From Coniocarpon cinnabarinum (taxonomy: Eukaryota), in assembly GCA_051942205.1 (NCBI GenBank), contig JAVECO010000055.1, positions 62,001 to 122,737 of the forward strand: DNA of 60,737 nt, written 5' to 3'. Positions 12,093-25,085 of this stretch are shown here, piece after piece. Under the pieces are notes generated by a model that was not told the origin of the DNA, did no database searches, and saw only the letters and a list, made by a program, of their open reading frames with translations. The first letter of the stretch is position 1; every line of letters starts with the position of its first letter. The translations under genes were made by a program, and so were the position numbers.

Positions 12093-13643
12093 CTAATCGA
12101 GTCGAGCCATCATCTCTTCTTTGGATAATGGCCTAAACTGAGGGGAATCAACGTCGAGGCCTTGGTCGGCCAGAGTCTTGCGCACATGTTGTGGCACCAA
12201 TTTTTGATTTAGGTGTGGCGCGATAGATAGTTCTACGGCGCCGTCAGTAAACAGCAGAGAACTCAGTAATCTGAACACGAACCGTGATGAGAGAAGTCGA
12301 AAAGGTTTGGGAGCTCTTTCGCTGACCCATTTGCGTGGCGCGCATCCTGTAGACGCGTATTGGGATCGCGTAGCTCATCGAAGAACGGTTGCACCATTGC
12401 CTCGATTGCCGAAAGCCGTTGAGTTGGGGTATACTCAAGTAGCTTGGAGATCAAGTCAATGGCATTGTTATCCGCTCGTTTAAATACCTGAACAATATGA
12501 GCCCTGTTTGGACGCTGACAGAAGTCGCAAGGGGTTGTACACACTTTGTTGAATGGGTGAGGCTTGATTTGAGGAAACTTGTGCTCCATGTAATTTGGAT
12601 TCATGGTGCGAATCTGATCTCGAGTCGGCGTGCCAAGGACCTTGATGATCTCGACCAGCTGATCAATGCCGGACTCCCCTGGGAACAAAGGCTGACCAAG
12701 CATCAACTCGGCCATGACACAGCCAGTGGACCAGACGTCTACAAACGATTAGCACTGTTTCTATGGAGAGCTCACCGAGCCCAACACTGGCACATCAGTC
12801 GGATCTTACCGATTTTGGTAGTATAATTCGTGGCGCCGAAAATGAGTTCTGGCGCGCGGTAGTATCGCGAGCAGATGTAAGAAACGTTGGGTTCGTGTTC
12901 GACTAGTATCTTGGCGCTTCCGAAATCACAAAGCTTGAGGATGCCTGAAACAGGGTCTAGGAGGAGGTTTTGGGGCTTGATGTCTCGGTGGCAGATGCCC
13001 TGCGAGTGAATGTATGCAAGGGAGCGGAAGAGCTGGTAGATGTAGAGCTTGACCTCGAGGATTGGCATCGTGGTTTTCATCTTGTTGAAGTACCGCGAGG
13101 CTCTGTACACGGTCTCGGGGACGTATTCGAGTACGAGGTTGAGATAGACTTCATCCTTCTGCGAGCGATGTCAGCAATGCTAATGAGCTGGAGAGGACGC
13201 ATGGAGCAGGCGTACCCGGTCGCCGTTGGAATAGTAGAATGCCTTGAGCTCGACAATGTTGGGATGACGAACAATGCGCATGATTTGCAGCTCGCGGTTC
13301 TTTGCATTGCAGTTAGCTAGAGCTGGAGCGAAAGTGAACATGCCCGCGACAGTGCGGGGTATACCTTGAAACGCTTGTCCTGAAGCACCCTCTTGATGGC
13401 AGCGTCTTCACCGCTGGGCGAGAGCTTTGTCTGAAAGACGACACCAAAGGACCCATTGCCGACGATTTTGCATTGGGTGTATTGCATCTCTCTCGTCTCA
13501 CCTGTCGCACCATCTTGAACCTTTTCGCGAATGACTTCTGCATGAAGGTCAGCAACGTCATCTGCGCGGGGAACCAGGGCGTGCAACTCGCCTCCCATGC
13601 GAAGAGTGCCAAAAGCACCTCCCGGACGGCCTTGGGTTGCCAT
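12093..13643 (-). CDS. GSK3: Glycogen synthase kinase-3 family kinase (Rim11/Gsk-3), multi-exon
   Basis: [93 protein letters not shown]-terminal exon [14 protein letters not shown]...MMARLD*. Confidence 0.96.
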
Positions 13644-14760
13644 GCTCAGGCGACAGATCGAATACTATCGGAAGTGTGGAATCTTGAATATAAGGAACGT
13701 ATGGAAGCCGCTAGCTGCCAAACTGAAGGAGTCCGTACTGGGCGAGTGTCGCGCGGGAACGGTGGCAGGACGATGGAGCCGATTGGCAGGCCAGGGATGC
13801 TGCAGACGTTTTGGTGGTCGTGAAGGACGGGCAGCGTCGGTGGTGCAGCCTTGTGGGCGTGTGTGTGATGGTAGGTGGTGTTGGGAGCAGGAAGCGTGAC
13901 GATGATGCAGGCGCGTTTGGGGAAGGGGGCCAGAAAGATCCGAGCAGTCACAAGACCAAGTCCCGAAATCACGGGACTGCGGAAGGCGGGACTGGAGGGT
14001 TGGAGTGGAGTGTACGTAGCTGGGAGTTCTGACAGGCGCGCGTGCAGCGAGGAACTGCCCCAATGGCTGGACAAGGAGTTTGGCGCGGTAGTGGAAGTAG
14101 CTTTCTGGAGCGTAGGATGCAGAGAGGGCGGACGGCTGAGGGAGTTTTTGGTGGGAGAGGAAATGCGACCAGGCACACCACTAACGCTCTTGGACGTCAA
14201 GTGTGGCAGCGAGCTGGGAGAGACAGAGGGAGGGGCAGAGAGCGGCAGTCGTCAGTAGCCAGTGTGTGCTAGTGTGTGCCAGTGTGTGCCAGTGTGCCCG
14301 TCGTCACGCTGTGCAGGATCGCCGGAGGAGCTGCTGCTGCTTTTGCGCCCGGCCGGAGTCGTTGCGTGAAGGGTAAGAGAGTGAGAGAGGGAGCTTGCAA
14401 GAAGCTGTCTGTGTGTCTGCGTGATGAGCGTTAGTTGGAGGACGGGGAACAGCCGGTCAAGCGCAGCGGCAACGTGAAGGCAGCAGCAGCGGTGATGGCA
14501 ATGGTGCAATGGTGAGAAGGAGGATGGCGCAAGTGCAATCTCGCTCGAGGGTTTGAGTTGAGCACTGGCGTCGGCGAGAAAGAGGAAGAGGCGAATTGTG
14601 GAAGGCGCCAAGCCAGGCTAGAGGTGTTAATAAGGTGCTGCAATTGAGGGGGAGAGGGGTGCGCCAGTGGCCGCCGTGGGTGCTCCCGCCGAGCGTGGGA
14701 GCGAGTAATTACGAACTCGAGGGGCGCCGCCGCTGGAGCAGCAGAGGGAAGAGGACTGAC

Positions 14761-14787
14761 GGAGGAGGAGGAGGAGGAGGAGGAGGA
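14761..14787 (+). repeat. (GGA)9 microsatellite
   Basis: Tandem GGA run visible directly. Confidence 0.9.
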
Positions 14788-16582
14788 GAAGGCAATGGGA
14801 CTGGAATCAGGACGACGGCGTGGCTCTGCAATATCGACGACCCAGCAACGCTCTCCTCTGTCTCTGTCTCTCGATCCACGCGCTACGTATGTATCTGGCC
14901 CAATGCCCCCGAGCTTCACGTCCACGAGCCCACTTGCCCACTTGTTGCCCACTGTGATGCCACCGCACGGCTAAATCGGGTTCTGCTAGCGCGGGCGGCC
15001 TGCTCCAGCAACGGCAGCGCTCCGCAGAGCTGCTGGTGGTGATTTCACCCTGTGAGACGACAGCTGAGACACCTCGCCGCCGAACTGCACCGCCGGCACG
15101 GACGCCGCTGCACCAAGACTGCAGTCGGGGCCCTGGAGAGGAGGCGGAGAGGAGGTGGGCACGCAAGGCGCGACGACCTTCGTTCTCACAGATACTTTGT
15201 TGGGGCGCGTGCGAGCCTGACAAAGGGCCACTCCTCCCCAATCAGGCTGTGATCAGCTCGCTCAGTGTGGCATCGAACATACATATGTTGAGCGACCACG
15301 AGAGCCGCAACGGTCTACAAGGCGGAAATTTTTCGAACATCCCTGAAACGACAGCAGCCCGAGGCGCAGCCTGTGCCAGACGTCCGGCCTGAGCACGCAG
15401 AGAATTCTCCTTCTACATTTGCACAGGGTTCAGATACAATACGTACCTCACGGCAGCTGTCTGCGTACCTACCTTACGGAATAGACAGAGAGGGTGGCCA
15501 CTGGGAGCGTCAGTGCCACTCCATCCGGTCGACGTTGGCGTGTCCGAATGCGGAGTGCCAAGACCGCCTTGCCCTTCGCAACCAGCAGCGAGCGCCCTCG
15601 AAATCTGTGTCGTTTCGTGGTCTCCGTTGCTCTGGGTTCCATGGATGGCCGCGCTGCAAAGCCCTGACCGCGCGCACAACTGGGCGTGGTGACGTGACTA
15701 CTCCGTATCGATACATACCTACCTCCACCCTTCTCCCATGCGGATACCCTAGGCCAGCCAGGGTTTTGAGCCGCATTCGGCCAAGACGTCACCACCCTCC
15801 AGGACAGGGCCATGTGCAACGAGCCCATTGTAGCCTGTCAACCACCGGCCCTCGAGTGAACTCGTCGGATCTTACCAGACATCTCATCAACCAGCTGCAT
15901 CAACCAGCTGCATCTGCTAAGGAAGTCTGGATCGGAGCATGCATGTACAGGGGTCTACGAACGCGTGACTGGCCAAGTGTCGGGGCAATTGCAGCCACCA
16001 ATGACGAAAAGCTGCAACTTGCGCCCACTCACAAGCGCTGAAATACATGGCCGTGCCCGTCTTCACGACTGGAACCCTCTTATGCGCCTTGCCGCTCAAC
16101 ACTTGATGCCCATAGTCACAGGGCCTTCCGCTCGCAGCGGTCTGACAGCGGGTCCCCTCTACGCTGAGTCGTTTCTGCCACACAGTGACTGCGCATTGAG
16201 CTCGTCATTCCACGGTCGCTCAGCAGCTGCGCTCCCGTCGTTCTGCTGTGACACCTGCAGCCTGAACAGGCGCGGTGGCTATCTGCAACAGGTCCATCGA
16301 CATCCATCGGGTACATCTGTGCTGCATCAGTGTGGATGCGCATGCCTTAAAGATCGTCCCTCCCCAACGCCTCGCTTGCAAACATGTGTGCGCTCGGCCA
16401 ACTGGCCTCAACTGCTCCTTTTACTTTCCCAACGCACTTCACCGCTCTTTTGCAGTACGCCGATTGTCCCCGTTCAGGAGCCGCTTCAGACTGCTCGAGG
16501 CCTGGCCCGATGAAACACCTGCAGTTCTGCTGGGTATGAACAAATCGTCCGCGTCATCCTCCACGTCGTCCAGTGGCTCCAA

Positions 16583-17486
16583 TTACGCCTTATGAGTCCT
16601 ACCCGAATCCTCTGAGGTCAATGTCTCTCCATTGGTTACAAACGGATCGGTCTCGCAAGACGCAGTTGGTGTTACCAGCTCGATTGATTTGGTGGCCGGA
16701 TACCGTGTGCTGCCCAGAGAACGGCTAATCGGTGTGAATGGCACAGAGCTTGCAAATGAATTGACGGAACACGACAATGACGGTGCAACCGACTGCCGAC
16801 GACCGCATGTTTCATTTGCAAGGTTGACATCTGAGCGTGACTGCGTCAAAGACGTGATATTACCGGAAACTGCTGAAGTCATCGTGGAACCTGTCGTCGA
16901 TCTAGAGTTCGGCGCTTCGGTGATTGTCTCTGCAGCTTCGTTGAGGGAAATGGCGGAATCTTTGCTGGTAGGTAGGAAAGAAGACCTCTTGATCTCGGTC
17001 GGAGACAGCGGGGGTATGAGATCGGGCTCCTGCCTTGCTACATCGTCGACGGCGATTCTGTTTGGAGATTGCGGAGGAGCCAGGCTTGAATCCTTGCGAC
17101 GACACCTGTATTCATTGAGCACGTGGTTGCTGTGGAGACTCAGAAGAATGCCGGACTTACGCTTCAGAGCAATACAAGATGGACGCATTGGGCACCACGA
17201 TGAGCGTATCACACGTAGCGCTGCAATGAAATGGTCAGTGTTTGTGGGCACAGGCTTTAATGCTAGCAAAGACGCACCAGAACTGCTGGAATGTTGAAGA
17301 CATATCCTCTTCGTCTGCGTGATGACTGCTGCTACCGCCCTGTGCCTTTCGATAGAGCTGCTTCGAGCTCGTGTTCTTTTTGATCAAGATCGGGCGAGCA
17401 CCGCCGCTATTGCGTTTCTTGTGTGCTGCATGAGAAAAGGAGCCGTTGCGTTGGTGCTGCATGGGAGCGATAGTACTGGCTGGCAT
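16583..17486 (-). CDS. Ecl1-family (extender of chronological lifespan) zinc-binding protein, 3 exons; start codon uncertain (17486 or 17462)
   Basis: Removing two GT-AG introns gives EEDMSSTFQQFCATCDTLIVVPNASILYCSEACRRKD, the C-x2-C...LYCSxxC motif of Ecl1/2/3, followed by an S/T/P-rich tail. Confidence 0.8.
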
Positions 17487-18691
17487 AGCGACAGGCGCAA
17501 CAAGACGGGGCGGCACACTCGAAAGGCGGTCAAAACGCGGAACCGGAAAGGAGCAATGAAGATCAAATACTGAGGGCAGTCGACAGGACCCGATGTCGGG
17601 TTATTGCAGATGAGTCAATAGTGCTAGGGCATAGATAGGGTATATCAGTGGTTTCTTTGTCGCTTATCAGAGGTCAGCTTGATACGCGTCTTCTCCACTT
17701 GGACGATAATAGAAGCGGGCTAGCGCGGACAAAGCAGCTGCTGGATTCTGCCATGCCTGGTCGCTTGAATCGGTCTATTTGAGGATCAAGCAGACAGGGT
17801 TTCTGCATGCGTTGAAGTTGGGTTCTTGCTGGCAGGGAGCTGGCCTGTGAAGCAGGACCACGGAGTCTCGAACGTACGTAACTTGAAAGGTTAATGTTCT
17901 TTGGCAAGGTGCTGACGCTGGAGAAGGTGGCACTCATTAGCGTGTGTCCACCAGAAGAGTTGCACGATAAACGGTGCCTTGATCCTACTCACCAGCAGGA
18001 AGTTTCAATCAATCGGCCCACTTAACATGCATGTGCACTTAACTCAGTACTGAGTTGCCAACATCGCAAGCGTGATCGACGACAAGTATGCTGACGGTCG
18101 GGGTGTGAGAGGGACGAGCCTGAATATATTTCAACTCGAGGAGAAGAAATCAGGAGGGACGAGAAGCTTGCAACATATACTGTCCATCTTATGTGACGGG
18201 ACTCAATACCCTTGCAAACACGTGCACGTGAAAGGCTGCTGGCGCCTTGCTCAAACTTTCTCGCTGAGATGGCGTGCAAAGAAGGAGATCGCACGACCTA
18301 TCAGACGACCACGCTCTGCACTACTCTCGTAGCGCGCCGGTTCGAAATTCTGAGCCAGAATCGCGAGACTTGCAATACTGTGACCATACTATCATGCGAG
18401 ATCACGCTGTGACATCTTTCAGATATTTGTTGAAAGCTTCTGTTCCAATCTAGATTGCTATTCAATCGCGTTCTAGCGGCATTGTACAGTCGAAGTTCGA
18501 AATAAAAGAATAATACAAATGAGCGATTGACATAGGAACATCAAGCAATCTCAGCTGCTCAAATACTTCTCAGGCTAGCATTCGTAAGCTAGTGGACCAA
18601 TCCAGTTGCCATTTCATGCAATTTTCCGCTGTAGAAAGTTCGCTGTAGTCCAGAGGCGGCTGGCTTTTCATACATAGATGTCAATTCACTC

Positions 18692-21600
18692 TCAGGGTCT
18701 CCGTCGCGGATTTCGATCATCTGCAGTGCGCTGAAGCTCAGGAACTGTGCCAGAAGATGATGGTGCTGTAGTGAGTGGCGGCCCGTATGTGGGGTGATAA
18801 TTGGCTGCAGCGGTTGGAGGATGCGACGGAGCGGCTGGAGCCAAGGCATGCGCAACGCGCTGTCGAGGATCATCATGCTGCTGTTGAGAGTTTGATGGAG
18901 TGTGGTGTGGTGGCATGTTGATGCTCCAACTTCTAGATGAACTACCACTGCTGCGATGTTTGCGGTGGTGTGTGGCAGGCGCTAGAATTGATGGAGATGA
19001 TTGTTTATTCGGATCAAGTGTCGATGGAAGCAGTTGATGGCCCTGGCGTTTAATTAGCAAGTTCATACATTCTTGATTCTTAGAAGCTCTAAAAGACTCA
19101 CAATTTTCTGACCTGGATGCCGCTGCATAGTCTCTTCTGGAGGCCGTGAAGAAAGAAGTGTTTGATGGGGGCTAGGAGGCCTTTGGAGTTGTGGGTGTGA
19201 CTCAGAGGGGCGATGCTGTTGCGCATTCTCAGCTGTAGAATTTCGTCGGTTGGGATCATAGTATAAGTCTTCATGTGCGTAAGAAGGGGCCGGTCGCTCA
19301 ACACGGGAAGTTGGTCGAGCTGGAGGAAAGAGGCTATGATGGCTGGACGAACGGGCCTCCTTCTCATCATCTGTCCACTGGCTGACATTTGCTGACGCAT
19401 GGTGGCCAAGAGGAGGATGTGTGGAAGGGGCTGAGATCGGAGGTTGAGCGAAGCTTGTCTCGATAGGGCCGTACCGCTGTCGAGGCGACGACAGAGCTTG
19501 GGAATATCTTCGTCGCCTATTCGACCTGCCTGAGCCTATGGAAGCGCGAGGCTTCGGTGCGAGTGACACTGGTTGTGTTCGCGCGCCATCACTAGCACGC
19601 GCCCTTCTGCTTCTTGGAGGCGTTGTATCAGGACGGCCTCGATTTGGCCATCTGAAGGGGGGCTCATTGGAAGATTTTGGCGAATTGTGTTGAGCGTTTC
19701 GGTCTTCGAAATTTGCGCGCACATGGTGCTGCGGAGGTGGCACTCGAAAGGCAGACCAGGTAGATGCATTCCTTTTTGAAGCCGTATCCTGTGGCTCTTG
19801 AAGGTAGCCATTTGCAGTTGAGTTTTGATCAGGCTCAAGCGCTTGCGAAGCTGTGTGATGCTCATGTGACCTTGCGTGATCTGGCGTGCCCATCGGATGT
19901 GGTGGATATGCAGATTCTTGCGTGGCTGAAGACTGGTATGTTGGGGATCCATCTTTCGTGTGCTCGACTAGTCCCCAGGGGTTTGATGAACCATGCTTGA
20001 AGCTCGTATTTTGGCTAGCATAGATTGTATCTGGATTTAAAGGGACGCTGGTTGATGCAATTACGTCTTGCTCTTGCGTTACATTCGACAGGCGCGGACC
20101 AGGCGCTTGAGAAGCCATGTGTGCTTTTGGTAATATAAATTTGGGAGGTTGAAACTCTTGCGGCTCTGGCTCTGGTTGATGCATTATGATATCAAAGGTT
20201 AGAGGCTTGCGGCGATGTTTTGGTTCGTCGCCAGATTTAGAACTCGAGCCTAACTCCCGACGAGGGGTGTGAAGCGCGGGCGGTACGGGACCAACAATCT
20301 CCAGAGTCGGCTTCTCTGTAATCCGCCGACGGACTGAGCTCGAGTCTTCCGCACGTATCGGGTGACCATCTTCGCGCCTTAATGCAACCGCTTGACCAAG
20401 TCTCTGCATAGCACTCCTGCCTAGATGCGAATTTCTGGCTTCTTGTGGTTGAGTTTCTAGATCGAACAAACCTTTTAGAGGGTGCGAGAAAGACGAAGAC
20501 AAAGCGTCATTCCGTTCGCGCCCGACATTGACTCGGGTTCCAAGACGTTCATGCCCCTTCTGGGTGGGCAACATGTCGATCGCTGACACTAACGCTTGTA
20601 GGCCTTTTGCTTCGTGATTTGGGACGATCCTCGCTGGAAGATTCCGTTGTGTGCTGAGTTCGTCGAAAGCGTCCAGAAGAGAGAGAAGGTTCAGGTTGGC
20701 AAACGCTTCCTTTCGCAAGGCGCCATCAAACACAGCGAATCCTTTGGGATGCGAGACAACAGATTCGTGGTCATATGCCTTCTGTTCCCTATAGAAATCT
20801 TGCCGATCCTCCATGTTGACCCAATTTTGTTCATTTTCCAAAAACCAGCGATATCGTGATGACTGTATCGCGTCAGGTGATCTAGATTTGTGCTCCACAT
20901 CTTCTCGATGAAGAGCTGATATTTGCAGATCTGATTCGTCATCTGTGGCATCCGAGTCATCTGCTTGTTTTGACTTTTTGAGTAGCATCATAAAGTATTT
21001 CTGGCATTTTGCAATAGCAAGTTCAGAGCAGTGCTCAACATCAGCCAGATGTCGTTGTCTCGCTATCTGGCACTGGGCCTCGTATTCCTTTTGAATTCTA
21101 GACTCTTCTCCTTGCAAGTGATTCTCGATGATTCCTAGACGAGTTTGAAATTTCTTGTCAAGTTCTTGCACGATCTCATCATACGATTCGTGACTTTCGT
21201 GCGCATGATCATCTGCCCCCAATTGATTCTCGGTGCGCTCAGCTAATTCGATGAGGACTGGCTTCAGAGCTTTCGCAACCGCTCTATACGCAATCTTCAG
21301 TTCCAGTTGTCGCCGCATGTCGGCTTCGATTTTAGGATCAGTATGGGGCACTCGTCTTCTGCCTGGCAAGCGTCTCAGAATCGCCGCAGGCTCGTAGCCT
21401 TGTATCTCTTGAGTGTCGACTGAATCCTGACGCTCACTCCTAGCTGGTGAGTCATGTAACAATGCTTGCCTGAGATGACGGTTCTCCTTGCGCAAATGCC
21501 AGCCTTTGGGTCGCTTTATCTTGACCAGGCTTGTACGGCTATTGAAGTGATGGCTCATTTCGGCCTCGATAGTTTCCTTAGCTGCCTCAGAGATAGCATC

Positions 21601-22053
21601 ATCTATGTCATCCTCATCATCCCTTGGGTCGTCATTCACTCGCTCCTCTGTGGATTGGAATGAACCTTCGGATCTCCGGTGGTCAAAAGTGGGAAGGCTG
21701 GTGACTTCTGGTGCGACATCCGTCATGGCAGGCTTTCCGGCATCCGAGACATCACGCTCAGGAGGAGCAAACAGCCGCGCAAGCTTAGCCGGCCGCCTGC
21801 TGTCGATGTCGTTACCGCCAACCTGTGCTGTTGCTGATTGAAGGCCATCTTCGTTGGCTTGGGAAGATCCCTGCGACGAGGAAGCAGTGGACCGACTTAA
21901 GCCTGGGTCACTACCGTCATGGCGAAAGTCATTAATGTCGGTCTGTGTCTGCCGTCGTGTCTTGATCTGGACTGGCCTTATTGTGAGTGACGTTTTCCCA
22001 CTGAAGACAAGATACTCACCAGGCACATGCTGCCTCCTGGCCCGACGCGGCAT
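18692..22053 (-). CDS. Large (~1100 aa) hypothetical protein: central helical/coiled-coil block, disordered flanks
   Basis: 1017-codon ORF 19063-22116. A phase-0 intron (GTGAGT...CTAAT...CAG near 19100-19044) joins it to the ORF ending at 18692. Likely ATG at 22053. Structured-looking block RRLPGRRRVPHTDPKIEADMRRQLELKIAYRAVAKALKPVLIELAERT. Confidence 0.75.
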
Positions 22054-23114
22054 CACCTCGACATACCGTTGATCTAATTTCAATTTGTCATTACTAATGT
22101 CTTGCGTGGCAATCATTGATCCGATCTCAACAACAACAATTCAAGCCGCAAAGGAACTACACGGCATTGCTGATTGGTCTTGGCAAGCATCAAGGGCGGT
22201 GCTGACGTTCAACACTTGGGTGTAGGCGCATTCTCGTCGAACGCGGAATCTTAAACGCTTACGGAAAATATAAACGCACCTTCAATATGCTTTCGCTACT
22301 CTTCGACTGTAGTCTGGCAGCTGCCAAGCCTCCAGGTACAGAAATAAGTCTGAAAAGCCACAATAGTCATCAATTCGCAGCTAAATTGCTACGCGCTTCA
22401 AATAGCTTCAAATGGGGTCATATGTTTCGAGTCGATGTCGCTGGGGAGGAGGTTGAGTTTAAAATAGAACGAAGCAGCTGACTGTCAGCGCGCAGCGCTA
22501 GTCGTCAGGTGGTGTTCGGGCAACAACAATATATTTCAATCAAGAGGAATGGTCACAAGTATATCACGGAGATCGATAGTCCAGACAGCAGGACTGATGG
22601 GGTGTAGTAAGTCAACAGCAAGCAAGAAAGCGTGCAGGGAGACCAAAAAGAGGTGGTCGTTGCCGCCAGATGTCCCAGGCGCTTCCGGCGAATCAGGATC
22701 ACCGGAAGGCATGCAGGCTAGTACTGATCTGGCAACGCTCAATTTAGTGTCCCGTGTATCCCTGCAAAGGGACAAAGGGTCCACCGCGCTTCCTGCGACT
22801 CCGTGACTCGTTCAATTCCATGTCGTGAGAGAGACTGCTGCCCTATGAAATGCTTCTTTCGCTATCATTTTGCTACTTCCGAGTCCCTTGTGTCCACAGA
22901 ATGGGAGCGCCCACTGCGAAAATGCTGATGGCATACGTAATGTGGGCAATGTCAAGTACATAGCACCGGCACCCAGCAAATCACCTACAAGATGTTGAAA
23001 CGCACACCGGTCCGAAAGTTGTTAATGAAAAAGCTGCTATACTTTCTATGTGGCTATGGAACAATTTCTCCATCACTCTGCGAATGTGCGCAGATTCACG
23101 CCTCTTACACATTT

Positions 23115-25085
23115 TCAAATAAACTTTTTCCATCGGAAGATAACTGTCGCGCACACGACGAAGAGTCCGAGGCAGCCGACTATCCCAAAGAACCAGTGTA
23201 GATTATCTGACTCCCGTCCAGGCACTGGGACATTCATACCAAACAAACCGCACACCAGGTTCAGCGGCACGAGTATCGTCGCCACAAACGTCACCTTGCT
23301 GAGGACTTCGTTGGCGCGGTTGCCTTGCGTGATGTTTTCCACTGATATCTGCGCAAGATAGTTGGCATGACTGCGAGACAACATGTGGTCTGCATGACCG
23401 AGGTTGCTCATCATGGTGACGACGTGATCCTGAATGTCGCTGAGGTACATGCCAACGTCTGCGCGGGGAGCCACGTCGTAGCCCTCTTTGCAGCGCTTGG
23501 CAAAACCTTTGATGACGTCCGCCTTGCCCCCCAGCAGACGTAGAAGGCTCATAACTTTCTTGCGACAGTCGCCGATCTGACGCAGCATCGCTCGAGAGTC
23601 CTCATAGCGAGCTGTGAACACCGAGTCTTCAATGGCATCGGTCTCTTGCTCTACATCTGAGATGATAGGTCCAAAGGTGTCAACAATGTCGTCGATGAGA
23701 GCGTAACAAATCCAATCGGCGCCCAGTGTCACGTAATCTCGGAGTCGACCCATGCGTTTACGAACGTTGGCGGCGTGAGGTGACTGGCTAAAGGTGAACG
23801 TAAGAATGCCTTCTCGAAAGACCACAGCGTACACGTTGACTGGGTCGAGATAGTGGTCAGACTTCTTATCCATCTGATAAAAAGAGCGGAAGCAAACAAA
23901 GTAGTACGATCTGAACAGCTCTACCTTCTCGCGTGCCTCTTGTTGCGCGATGTCTTCCCGTGTCAAGCCATGAATGCCGAACGCTTTGCATATAGTCTCA
24001 ACTTCTTCCTTAGAGGGCATGATGACATCCAGCCACCAGCAGCCTCCGTCCGGACCAAGGCTGAAGAGCTGTTGGAACGATTCACCAGGCATCAAGAGAT
24101 CGCCCAACTCGGCAGCGTGGATCGACTCTTCCAACGTGGACGAGAAGAATGACCACCGAAGCAGTGGCTGTGCTTGCTCGTCCGGATTGGGTGCGCCAGA
24201 CTTTTCATCGAGCTCCGAAACAGAAGTGGCAGAATCTGCATCAGAGTCTTTGTGGATTTTGAAGGTGAACTGGGGAAGGAGACGAGGAGACGAAGGGGCT
24301 TCTTCTTCCTCCTTCTTCGCCGCGGTTCGCGCCTTGTGGCTTCGACAGCTGAAGCTTTCCTTCCGACGGTTGAGGTTCGGTGCAGTGGTAGCCCTGGTGC
24401 GCTCGACAAACTCGTCAAGATCATCGAAATCGATGTTTTGCTGCTCAGTACCATCCTCAGAAGGTGGATAGCACACGTCGTCCTCGACGTCCTGTAGTTC
24501 AGCTTCGGTAGTTGGATCGCCGGTGCTGGCATGGTCCTGACTGAACGTCCTAGCACGCGTGAATGTAGAGTGCGAAGTCGTATGTCGAAGATGATGGGCT
24601 GCTGCAGGCTCAATGCTATGAGTAGTCGCCGCGGTCCCAGCACGTTGACGCTGACGGGGTTCAGCAAACGCATCGACAGAATTGGGCGTCGATGCGTTTG
24701 ACGATGATTTGGAAGAAGAACGTGAGTTGCTCTTCTGGCCATCGCCATGAATTGGGCGTCGCACAGTAAGACGTCGCGCAACTGCAGGTGACACGGATGC
24801 TTTACGTTGCCTCGTGGCAACGGGATCATGGGCCGTTTCATTGTCGCTCTTGTCATCGTCATATATTGCTTGCTCAAAATCACGGCTGCGGACACCATCG
24901 GCAATGTGCGGAGGAGCCTGCAGAATGACCGGACGGACAGCACTTCCGGCAGTTCCGCGTCGTTGCCCAGTCATTGTGTCTGCTCGAGGTAAAGACTCGG
25001 GTTGCAGTCGATGATCATCCAAGTCATTGTCCGGAGTACTGAAGCGCGAGGGAAACATCTCGGAATGCGGAGACTCACGAGACAT
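23115..25085 (-). CDS. ALR1: CorA-family Mg2+ transporter (Alr1/Alr2-like)
   Basis: WWLDV, FGIHGLTREDI..QEAREKVELFRSYYFVCF, DWICYALIDDIVD, YLSDIQDH, GLFGMNVPVPG (GMN motif) and two C-terminal transmembrane helices. Confidence 0.93.
   Translation of the reverse strand: MSRESPHSEMFPSRFSTPDNDLDDHRLQPESLPRADTMTGQRRGTAGSAVRPVILQAPPHIADGVRSRDFEQAIYDDDKSDNETAHDPVATRQRKASVSPAVARRLTVRRPIHGDGQKSNSRSSSKSSSNASTPNSVDAFAEPRQRQRAGTAATTHSIEPAAAHHLRHTTSHSTFTRARTFSQDHASTGDPTTEAELQDVEDDVCYPPSEDGTEQQNIDFDDLDEFVERTRATTAPNLNRRKESFSCRSHKARTAAKKEEEEAPSSPRLLPQFTFKIHKDSDADSATSVSELDEKSGAPNPDEQAQPLLRWSFFSSTLEESIHAAELGDLLMPGESFQQLFSLGPDGGCWWLDVIMPSKEEVETICKAFGIHGLTREDIAQQEAREKVELFRSYYFVCFRSFYQMDKKSDHYLDPVNVYAVVFREGILTFTFSQSPHAANVRKRMGRLRDYVTLGADWICYALIDDIVDTFGPIISDVEQETDAIEDSVFTARYEDSRAMLRQIGDCRKKVMSLLRLLGGKADVIKGFAKRCKEGYDVAPRADVGMYLSDIQDHVVTMMSNLGHADHMLSRSHANYLAQISVENITQGNRANEVLSKVTFVATILVPLNLVCGLFGMNVPVPGRESDNLHWFFGIVGCLGLFVVCATVIFRWKKFI

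Noticed and set aside
13646..16580. Many overlapping ORFs between GSK-3 and the Ecl1-family gene
   Set aside because: No recognisable domains and low complexity; more likely long UTR/promoter DNA.
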